The notes below the pieces were generated by a model. The model made no database searches. It had not been told where the DNA came from and saw only the letters and a program-made list of their open reading frames with translations. A stretch of 64,000 bases of DNA from Macrostomum lignano (taxonomy: Eukaryota). The position numbers and the translations under genes are program-made. Of the stretch, positions 43,926 to 54,899 are shown piece by piece. How positions within the stretch are numbered: the first letter of the stretch is position 1; every line of letters starts with the position of its first letter. The DNA is taken from positions 124,001-188,000 of the forward strand of contig NIVC01000762.1 in NCBI GenBank assembly GCA_002269645.1, in the 5' to 3' direction.

Positions 43926-46923
43926 CACAGCAAAGATCTGCAGCCGATAGTTATAAAAATCGCAGACGTACAGGCAGCCGCTGACTGCATCGAAGCGCAG
44001 GCCAAGCGGGCAGTTCACTTGGCCCGGGGCGCCGCCTTTGGCGTCGGCTCCGGCAGTCAACTCTCTGCGGATTGGGGGCCGCACAATGACTGCTGGAAAT
44101 CGAATGTCTCACATTGTCACACAATGGGCGAGAGGCCTTACTGCCCATTCCACCGACTCCCCTGAGCAGGCACACAAGCGCGCGGATACGTACGCAGTCA
44201 TACGCACAGGCACTCACACAGGAGTGCACAGCGGGCGCGGCCCTGACTTTATTCATCGTTAGGCATGTACACTTCACTGTGCCTTGGGGTTGGCCCTCAA
44301 TTGCACAAGCAGAGCCAAGCTGAGATTCCAATTCAGCCTCAAATTAATGTGACTGCACTTGGAATCGAGCCTGGGCCGCAGGAACTCTGACGTTAAGCTT
44401 GGCGCCAACTCTGACGTTATTCTTGGCGCCAACTCTGACGCTAAGCTTGGCGCCAACTCTGACGCATATACTTTGATAATGCTGTAACATTTAGAGGTCA
44501 CACGTGGATGCCTCACCTGGGCGGTCCCTCGGCGTCGTCAGCCTCGGAGTCGACGTCCACTCCGATCACCGAATGCCGTCGAGACCGCGAAGCGAACAGC
44601 TGCCGGGCTGACCGACGCTGCTGAGCGAAAGCCGCCTGGTTCCGGCGCCTGCTAGCAGAGCTCAAAATGCCCACCTCGATAAACGAAGCGTCCTGACAGG
44701 CGAAGCTGCCGAGGTGCTGGCAGGACTGCGGGCCGCTGAACAGGTGCACCAGGCCTTCGGCGCAGTCGGAGACGGCGAAGCCACCGTCGGGCCAAGCGGC
44801 CACCGCGTCGGCGCTTTTGAATGGTCGACGAATTGTCGCTCTGGTTGCCATGGTAACAGCGTCGAGCAGGTGCACGGCGCCCGGACTGGCTACGTAGATT
44901 GTCGCGCCTGAGCTGGCGAGCCCGCGCGGCTGCCAGATGCTCGCGCTGGCGGAACAGTCGCCGAGTTCGCTGTTGGAGCTGGCGCTGCCAGAAGGCGGCA
45001 GCCAAAGTCGGACAGAGCCGGACACAGCGTCGGCCAGTACGAGGGCGCCGCGATGGGGGCACTCGCATAGACGAGAGGCCTAGCAAGGAGGTTAGGCCGT
45101 TTGTTATTGACTCACTGAAGGGGCCTGTAATTTACCCGCTGAAAGCGTTACCGTGACAAGAATCGCTTAAGAGTAATCGCAAACAGCTCACTAGTGACTC
45201 TTGTGACTTTTGAACGACTCAAAACGCGTCTAATACGACGGAGAGGCGACTGTTGAGTCACAAGCGCGTCACTTGAGCTGCAGAATCGTAGCTGAAGAAA
45301 CAGTCGCGAAAGAGTCGTCCAAGAATCGCTAGAGATGTGACTCAGTGCGAAAGTGACTCTTGGGCGAGTCTTTGACGACTTTTTGGCGACTTGTGCCGCA
45401 AAATCTCGTCGTTTTAGAGTTTTTTTAGAGTCGCTAATATCGATTTTGTCAACAGGAAGAGCAGCTTCATAAACTATTAGACAACGGCTACTCAAAAATA
45501 GCATGCAAAGTATGCAAAGCGAATCTGTGGTCCAATCAGTTCGACGGGTTCAACTCACCTTAACCCCAGGCAGAGCCAATCTAGCCAATGGTCTGCCGGC
45601 ACCATCTAGAAAGTGCAACTCGCCAGAATCGCTGATGCAGGCCAGCACAGGCCGCGGCATGGTCTGCCAACTATCGACTGCTTCATTGTGATTGACAGCA
45701 GCGATAGTACTGGCGGAGGCGACAGCTACGTCAGACACCGCCGTGGAAGAAGTTGGAGCTTCAGAACCGGCTGCAATGCCCAATACCGGATGACACCACA
45801 GCGGAGCGGGAAGGTGAGAAGCGATTGCCAAGTCTACGGGACGAAAGTCGCAAGGCAGAGCTCGAGGAGTTGACGTTGTAGCCGGAGGCAGCGGCACCTC
45901 GGCAGCAGAAGCTGGCTGAGAATTAACAGCATTAACGTTCAGCAACGAGTGCGGCTGCGAGTTTGGCGGCGTATCGACCAGCATTTCAGCAAGCGACGCC
46001 GGCGGAGTAAAGTCCAGCTCTCCACCGATGTTAGTCATTTCCACAGCTGTGGCAGCTTTCAACTGGCCTTCAAGGACATTCAGAGCGTCCAAATTGATGT
46101 CAAGTGAAGTTGGCAGTTTTGGCCGCTGACTTTCAAGCTTTGAAGCGATCAGCAGTTGCCTCAGCGAGTCCCGTTGCCCCTTTGCTGTCCGCAGATCTTC
46201 CTGTTCTGTAGCTTCCATCAGATGTCGACAAGCCAGCGACAGCTCAGCCAGCCGACTGGCAGAAAACTGACTTTGTCGCTGCAGTCTTTTAGCTAAGCTG
46301 ACGGCTTGATTAGCTATCAACTGACGACGTTCAGCAATGATGTCGCTTAGTCGAGCAAGAGTGGCATCTGCCATTGAAGCCTGATTCTTCAGCGAGTCTA
46401 ATTCTAGTTTTAAGCTATTCGAACTTCTCTCTTGGGCTTGTTTTCCGGCTCGAATCAAAGCATCCGCTTCATCTAGAACAGTTTTACAATCGGATAGCAG
46501 GCTGTTAGAATGGGAGTTGAGATGGCGCAGGCACAGCGCACCGGAGCAACAGTCGCAGAATGCTACAGGCTTGTTGGAACATTCGGCACAACTGTGCACC
46601 CGAGCTGGACTTTTACCGCCTCCACTGGCCTCTCGCAGCTGGTCCAAGTAGAAATTCTTAGGCAAACTGGCTGGATCAGGGATGTAGTGCCTTCGACGGC
46701 ACATGGGACAAGTGAGACTATTATTGTAGTCCGCTTTTAGGCCTTTAATACAGCTGGCACAGAAAGTGTGCAAGCATGGCAGAGCTCTGGGATCTGTGTA
46801 CTCGGACAGGCAGATGCCACACTGAAATGCCTGGTCAACAGCTTGTTGATCCTGGCTTAACTGAGACCCAAGAATTGACTTCTGCAGCTGCTGCTGCTGC
46901 CAAGATGATAACCTGGCAGAGTC
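43926..46923 (-). CDS. TRIM-NHL-like E3 ligase (RING, B-box, coiled coil, NHL/beta-propeller); start exon not found
   Basis: Exon 46923-45559: RING CGICLSEYTDPRALPCLHTFCASC...CPMC, B-box CAECSNKPVAFCDCCSGALCLRHLNSH and a coiled coil. Exon 45079-44517 is propeller-like. Exon about 44098-43926: GQVNCPLGLRFDAVSGCLYVCDFYNYRLQIF (NHL consensus). Confidence 0.82.
44107..44378 (-). mobile_element. SINE family 1, copy 2 (truncated, last TRIM intron)
   Basis: Aligns with 6766-7035. Confidence 0.8.
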
Positions 46924-47032
46924 CTGAAAAAGTTAGTAATGTTAATTTATCCATAGTTGAGTTGTGAAATATGAAAAGGCAGAGTGTCTACTTAAATGAT
47001 TAAAGTTAAATGAACAAAACTCAGCGTGGGGA

Positions 47033-47370
47033 GGGGGTAGGCATAATCTAGCTTAGCCAATAGGAGAGTAGTAAGGAGAGAGGTTAATGTTAGATGAACG
47101 AAACTCACTCTAGGGGGTAGGCATAATCTAGCTTAGCCAATAGGAGAGTAGTAAGGAGAGAGGTTAATGTTAGATGAACGAAACTCACTCTAGGGGGCAG
47201 GCATAATCTAGCTTAGCCAATAGGAGAGTAGTAAGGAAAGAGATTAATGTTAGATGGACAAAACTCAGCCTAGCCTAGGCAAGGAATAGGCCTAAGCTAG
47301 CTCAACCAATGGGAGACCAGTAAAAAGAGTGGTTAAAGTTAGACAGACAAAAACTGGGGGTAGGCCTGAT
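47033..47370. repeat. 80-bp tandem repeat (3 good and 1-2 degenerate copies)
   Basis: GCATAATCTAGCTTAGCCAATAGGAGAG recurs at 47041, 47121 and 47201. Confidence 0.9.
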
Positions 47371-48825
47371 CTAGATTTGCCAATTCAAAAACTTTTTAAA
47401 AGCTAAAAAGCATTAAAAATATTTTAATATTTATATATTTATTTTAATATATAAATATTAAAATATTTATATTTTATAAAGTTAAATAAATATTAGTATA
47501 TAAATCTTTATTTGATAAGAATTTTTTTACAAAGCAAAAAAGTCCTTCATCGTTACAATGTAAAAAGGTCATTTATTGTGGCAACCTCTTTTTGATAATA
47601 TCTAGTATATATATATATCACAACAGAAGTAAATTAGTTTTTTCTGGTATAAACTTGAATTTATAATATATATATTATTATAGGGAGTTGCTTTTTTAGC
47701 ATACTATATAATATGTAACAAATTTGAGAGTATGGGGTTTATACATGTTAACTTTTTTATTATAATTTTTAACTTAATATTTATTTTTATCATTTTTAAA
47801 ACTTTAATAGAGTTCCATGCAATATGAATCTCTAATTAAAAGATTAGCCTATGAATACAAAAATCCATCTCCATAAGGAATTTCCCTATACTAAAAACCC
47901 TGGCTCCCTAGGCCCTATTCTCTATATCCCAACCAATACCAATGGCTAGTTCAAAGGTTGATTCAGGTTTATTTTAAGTTATATATTATATACTAGAAAT
48001 AATAGTTCATATTATTCAAGATCCTTAAAAACCCACAACACAACTCATAAAAGTATGATCCTATCAAAACTGTAATTTGCTATGCTATGCAGTTATACCA
48101 AAATGCAAAACTGGCCTAGGCCCTAACTGGCCTGGCTTAAGCATAAATGATCTACAAGCCATTTAAAATATTGAGAATAGATAGCGGCCTAGGATTAACT
48201 GCATCTCCATGCTTATAGGGCCTAATAGTCATATACTTTAGGCAGTGGAACCTAAACAGGCAGAATGTATATATAGGATAGGCTGAGGCTTAAAGTAGGG
48301 GCCTATGTGTTATGTTTTAACACATGTCAAATATCTTTGTGTTATTAATTAAATATCAATCCTACTGGCCTAATGTTGGAGCTATCGCTATGAGCTATCT
48401 GATATTGGGAAGGCAGTAATTCTGAAAGGATAATTTGTAAGTTAATTTTTTTCTTTGTACCTAAAGCAGGCTCTAGGCCTAAGATTTTTTGCATTCGGTC
48501 GGAATTTCGGAAAGAACAATTTATCACCAAATTAAATTTGCGCCATTGCTAATAATACGCAATTACCGTGTAAATTAGTGATTTATTTATTTATTTACTA
48601 AAGTGGTGCTATATAATTTCGAAATTATGCCCTACAAATTCCATACTCCACTGCTGCCTCATTCATTTAGCGATATGTTTTAATTTGCTGTGGATTCTAA
48701 TTAGTTTCGATTCACTGTACAGTGAATTCGTTTTTAATTGTTAGTCCTTAGATAAAAAAATATTTTGACTCAAGACTACATCCTGTAATCTTTATCTCAT
48801 GTTGCTAATGCATTGCAGAAATAAT

Positions 48826-49083
48826 CAGAGGCGTATTTACAATATAAAATGAGGAGCCGGATTTTAACTATAAGAGTGCATGGGGCGCCATAATATAGAC
48901 GAGAGGGGCGCCATTTATGATTAGAGGGGCGCCGACGAGACGGGCGATAACACACAGTAGAATGGCACCATACTGAGCAGACTTAGGGTGGTGAGGACCT
49001 TTTTTGCCCAAAAGGAAAAAAGGGCGCCATCATCGCCAGCAATAAATTAAAGGGGGTGGCCGGCCCCCAGCTATCAGCCTCTG
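48826..49083. mobile_element. hAT-like MITE (CAGAGGC...GCCTCTG termini)
   Basis: Short TIRs resembling copies A and B, with GGGGCGCC motifs. TSD not clean. Confidence 0.5.
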
Positions 49084-49143
49084 AAAAAATACTCCAACAT
49101 TGAGCCGAAAGCGCTCGCCATATTTTAGACAGCCCATCCTCTC

Positions 49144-52064
49144 CCCAGTGAAAAATGATTCATGGATTCCACGTGGGTTCCACGTGGCCATGTGGAATTT
49201 AAATGTTTCTTTAATTTTTGCAAATTAATGACTTAAAGATGACATAATGGTATGCAAAGTATTTTTTATGCACTATTTTTTAATTTTTACTGTCCTAATG
49301 TTGATGTGGATTTTACAAGGAATTCATGAGAAATAAGCGTATATTGATTCAACATGGAATCCACTTCGATAAAAAAACTGTGATACACCACATTAAGACG
49401 TTTTTATGAAATTACTATAATTAATTATTATATTTATATGCTTTTAAGTAAAAATTAATATCTTAAAGCCAAATTATAATCAGAAAATAAGATACTGTTT
49501 GTTAAAATAGACAAAATAGAAGTGAACAATAAAAAACGTTTCGTGCTTTTTAAAATTTAATTTATTTTATTTTATATTCGTCAATGTCTTGGTTCAAGGC
49601 CTTGAAAGATAAATTGCCTTGTTTATGGCTATTTAAGCACCTTAAAAATTTTAGTAGACGTAGCCTATAGGCAATAACTTATAAGGCCATGGCCTTCATG
49701 GGATTAGAAATTAGATAAATCAGTATTTCATCATAGATAGGCCTAATACTTTTGGTAAAATCCATCCATGATAAATTTATTTAGGCTTATCCAATTTCTA
49801 GGAATCCCATGGCCATGTCCATAGATTGGCTACTCATTTTTTAAACTTAAATAGTCCTTTAGAAGTTCATAATTTCCTCTTAGTCCTACCTATTAGTCTT
49901 ATCTATTTATGTATGCTTATTAGGCCTATTTTAAGCTAGGCCTAGGCCTATAACTATCAATTTAGGTCCTTCTATTTTAATTAAGGTTAAGACTAGCTTG
50001 ACTTTGTGAATTGTGACTAGTCAATCTAGTTAATCTGTTAAAAATCTATTCATTTATGATTTTCTTCAAAAAAGCCTGTTAGCGTCTTTTAGACTTGTTG
50101 CATTTTTAAAAACAATATTATTAATCATTATAAATAATTCTTTGCAATTACACTTGCAACCTGTTTTTGGCATAGCTAGCCTAGCAGATCCCTAAGGTTG
50201 CTATTATAAATAAATAATGATTATTGTAAATTTGATCTGATTTAGGCCAAGTCTAGAATTTAATAGCTATAGGGCATAGCTTTTAAGATTAGGCCTAATG
50301 TTTAATCATACTATTTTTTTTATTAGAGGCAGGGGGTTGTGTGCACCCTGGCACACGTTAAGCGACATAGGCATACAACTGGCGAGAGGCATTGCTGCCT
50401 ATTCCATTAACTCCCTTGAGCAGGCACACAAGCGTGCGGATACGTATGCAGGCACATTTACATAGAAGTGTACAGTGGCCCTAACTTTATTTACTGTTAG
50501 GCATGTATACTTCACTGTGCCTTGGGGGTTGTCTCTCAAGGCCATTAATTGCACAAGCAGAGAGCCAAGCCAAGATTCCAATTCAGCCCCAAATTAATGT
50601 GACTGCACTTAGAATCGAGCCTAGGTCGCTGGCACACCAGAGCAGCTGTGCTACCGCTTGGCTACAGCCCCCCTTTTAATCATAATAGGCCCACAAATAT
50701 AAAAAAAACATGCATTGCTTTGCCTAAATACTTTATAGTCTAAAATCAATTTTAAAATAAAAAATTAAATTTATAGAAACATATATTAATTTTTTGTACT
50801 TATTATTTTAATTTTATTAATTTTATTTTATTGATTGACTTGGGTAGGGTTTTCTTTTTTGCTAGAGACAAGGTGCAAAATCATACCCTATGCTCACTTT
50901 TAGGGTTTTATGATTTTAAGGCTTAAAATGCAGTTTCTCTTTTTTCTTATATAAAGGCAGTGCAAAAAAGGCTTCAACAGAAAAATAGGTAATGAGATCA
51001 TACCTAAACTGTATCATCAACTTTTTAATTTCAATTTTCAAGGTGCAATTTTTAAATTTAGGGTGCATATGCACACTTTGCGCTTAAAAAATAAACCTAG
51101 GACTTAGGCCTAGTTAATTTTAAAATAAACTTTATTTTATTTTATAAGTATTCATCATTAAATTAGTTTTATGAATTATATCAATATTATTTATCAATCT
51201 TAATTGGCAACAATTATTTTTCTATTTCATTTCAGCCTAACATTACATGACCCATCCTCAAACTTGGATGTCACCTTGGTCTTGCATTTGAAGAAGCTTG
51301 CAAAGCTACTTGGAATTTGAATTTAATATCTCAAATGCTACCTTTTGTGAAGCAATGGTAAGTTTTAGTTATAAACTTATTTTTTTCTGTCATCAAAATC
51401 TATCAAAATCTATTACAAAATCTGTCATCAATCTGTTATAAAATTCTGTAATTTAACCCCTTTCTTTTCTAAGGTTGCTCACCTGACCTGAAGAAGCAGC
51501 ATTCTGGCAATTGGCAGCAGCATGTTTCTGACTGTTCTAATTCTGATGCATTATATTATTGTTAATTAATGCTATTGACAATGTCAATTTCAAATTATAT
51601 ATTATATCATATGCGCAGTGCAACTCTAAAGATATCAATATTTACATCAGTGTGTTTATTCTTTGTGTGCCAGTGACTCACTACTGTACATAAATACACC
51701 TTACATCGTTTTTGAATATTGAATTTTGAATTTTGAATTTTTGTGCAGAAATATTTTTGGCTATAGCTAGTGTTTTATCTGTGTTTCAGTTTCTTTTATA
51801 TGGTATTGAGATCTGGGGTTCGTATGAAATTTTGAGATCTGGTATTATTTTGATATTTAGGATGCAACAATTTATTATGGCAACCAGTATAATGGCTGCT
51901 TATTCAATGACAATGTGGATTCTATGTGAAATACATAATTACTTCCATATGGATCTTCCATGTGGAATCCATATCTTGATTCCACATGGATGGACGGAGA
52001 CAAATGCACATATGGATTTCATATGAAAAATCCACATGGAATCCATATCATTTTTTTCACTGGG
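49144..52064. mobile_element. TIR-bounded 2.9-kb non-autonomous element with subterminal CCA(C/T)(A/G)TGG repeats
   Basis: CCCAGTGAAAAATGATTCATGGATTCCACGTGG at 49144 matches the reverse complement of CCACATGGAATCCATATCATTTTTTTCACTGGG ending at 52064. Confidence 0.6.
50314..50673 (-). mobile_element. SINE family 1, copy 3 (full length)
   Basis: Minus strand: A box TAGCCAAGCGGTA, B-box-like GGCTCGATTCT and an A-rich tail. Confidence 0.8.
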
Positions 52065-52756
52065 CGATCAGTATCTCGATCCTATGGTAGGAAGTTGAAG
52101 TTCACCATCGCCACTGATTACCAGCCATTGATACGTCTGTTTTGGCCAATCTCACAACATTTCGACAAATACATCAGCTCAAATCTTCCGATAGGCGCTA
52201 GCTAAGCCTGATGCATATCGACCACGAGATATACGCCAGGGACGTCAAATTAATATGCCCCATCTCGATGCCCTCTCCTTGGCTTACAACTAGGGGGGTT
52301 TGGAAGCTCGAAAACCCCATGCAACCTACATGTACATGTACGTGTCCCCAACCAACATTATGTACGTACATGTAAACTAGGATGAATTGTGCTTGCATAT
52401 AAAAGCTGCAAATGTATACGTAATGTTACATGTAATAATATAAAGTACGACTACGCTCTATATTTGTCTTCAAAAGAGAATTTTTCTGTACTTCTTGGCT
52501 GAGAAAAGTTTAAAATAAAGTCTACTTATGCCTGAATCACTTGGTTTTTAGTTCATCAATTTGTAAAGCCAAGAATTACGTGCACATTATTTCGATAATA
52601 GCAATCATTTTTGGCGCCGAAGGCGCTGTATGTTGACACATTGAAGCAAAATTACTGATTCCCACAATACGCCACTGTCGATTCCCGCGGCCCCATACAT
52701 GTAGCTTTCCCCCAGCTGTCCCCCCCCCCCGGTGGTGACGCCTCTAAATAACCTAC

Positions 52757-54040
52757 TGTGGCAGGGCTAATAGAAAGTTGTCGTTATTACGTGAAGTTAT
52801 TAATTACGAATATTTATTACTAACAGTTCACTGACTCAAAGGGTGTTACTAACGTGCGCTATTAATTCACTGAAAGCTCTTGCACATGCGAAAACGATTA
52901 GGTTAACGTATTTTGTGCCAGGAGGCCCACCAGTTGTTTTAATGCACTCATTCTGCGAGTATATAAATACCGTGCGCACCATTTCGAATCTGCGCTCGTT
53001 TTGCCGTTGGCCCTTTGCTCTTGCCTGAGTTGCAACTTAGCCCGGACTGTGTGCTCCCGATAGTTATTGACTTGTAAGATCGGCCCAGTGTGCCTGTTAA
53101 TCTAATAGTTCATGGCTAGTTATTAGCAAATGTCAAGTCTTGGTTGAGCGCTGCTCCTAAGTACTTATAGTTAGCTTAGCAAACTAAATCTTAGCTCTAA
53201 CATACTGTGTTAGTAAGGACACAGGAGGCCGAGCTTATATTTGTGTTTTATTAATTATTATTGTTATGGTTGATTATTATTGTTTGCTGTTGCGTTAGTT
53301 TCCAACTTGCTAACTTATCGTTTAATAATTATTATTACAATTGCCAAGTTCATTAAGTTCTATTTATCCAGCTTGAGTGTTAGCTCTAATATTCAAATCA
53401 TCTTTGATAGCGGTTTTTGTCTCAGTCAATTTAATCATAGCTTCGATTGGTGGCAGCGACCTACCTTTCGTGACAATAATAATTTTGGGATTGAAACTGA
53501 ATATCGATACATTGGGGAACGTAATTTATCAAGAAATTAGTGGCATTACTCTATCAGACCATCTCAGGGTACCGCTCTTCGGCTGGTGCAAGATAAGCAG
53601 TATTGCCTTAGGCCACATATCTGAAAGCTACCATAAGTTAGGAATATTCGAGAACTCTTGTCACTCGGGAATAGAGGGAATAATCACTCTGCTCGCTAAG
53701 AGTTCGATACCAAGAGACCCGTCTGGACTAGGTCAGATACTGAGTCATAGTAGTCTTAAAGTGCCAGTGAGTCAGAGTCTACCGGAGAACAAAGACGCTA
53801 GTAACCAAGAGGCCCGTAGAAGAAGTTCTATTTCCGCAACCAAGAGGCCCATAGGAAATTAGAGGTCACTCGCGCCAAGAGGCCCGTCTGACTTCCTCGC
53901 TAGGTTTTTATGTTCGCTGTAGACTACTAGCCAGCAGTAGCCAGTTTAGCGTCGATAGTCAGTTCGTAGCTAAATTCATACTTAACATCGTGAAGTCGCT
54001 AGAAGTTCGAATCTTTCACAATTGGTGTTCCAGCGTTGGG
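52757..54040 (+). mobile_element. Putative LTR with adjacent PBS-like sequence
   Basis: TG start (52757 or 52779), TATATAAA at about 52962, ends ...TTTCACA at 54020, followed by AT-TGGTGTTCCAGCGTTGGGA, which resembles tRNA-Leu-type PBS sequences. Confidence 0.3.
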
Positions 54041-54899
54041 AGTAGTAAAGCACATTTTACTAACGACGTCGTAAAACCGGCGACTTTTGACACCTTTTAC
54101 ACTACTACTCTTAGTAGAGATGCTATAGAATCTCTGTTAAATTTTCTATGAAAGATACTTATAAAACGCCTGAAATGTTTTCGTGCTTTAGAAATTTGGC
54201 AAGTGCAGAAATAAAAATTTCATTTAGCCTTTTAAACTGGGTACATGCACATTGCACACACACCGGAAAATACCAATAAACAGATAATTAATAACGAAAT
54301 GTACAGTTTTAAATTGATCGGGCTAACACAATTGCCTAGCACTATAAATATTTCTAGCTTATTATTTGTTTAAATTTTTGGTCTCGTAAAATCAAAATCA
54401 ATTTGCGAGTACAATTGTAACTAATGCATAACTCGGAAGCATGTGATCGTATACCTCGCATATATTATTGAATTCCCCATATGAGTACAAAATCATGCAG
54501 TCATTCTTCTTCTCGAGACTTTTTATTCAGATTCTGAAAGACGTGAAAAGAGCACTAAATAGGAAGTCTGCCCACATACACACGACTCAATATAACTACA
54601 AGTATGGGGCATACTAATCGCATATGTTGCATAAGCATCATGAAATATAACATGACGAGACGGTTGGTGCGGAAGAAGTGAAAAGCTGTGTAGGGGGCAT
54701 GTGGCTTATTGATGTCGAAATGCCACAGGGCGCGCCGGCGCAAAAGAGAGACGAAGAAAAGGCTGCGAAGTGGGTGGGGGCGGCGACATGGCGGCGGAGG
54801 CTGCAGCGAGCTGATGAAGTAATAAGACTGATCAGGAGAGAAAGCCCAAGCGTATAATGAAAGCTGCCCGATTCTTCTGTGAGCACACTAGCGTCCACT

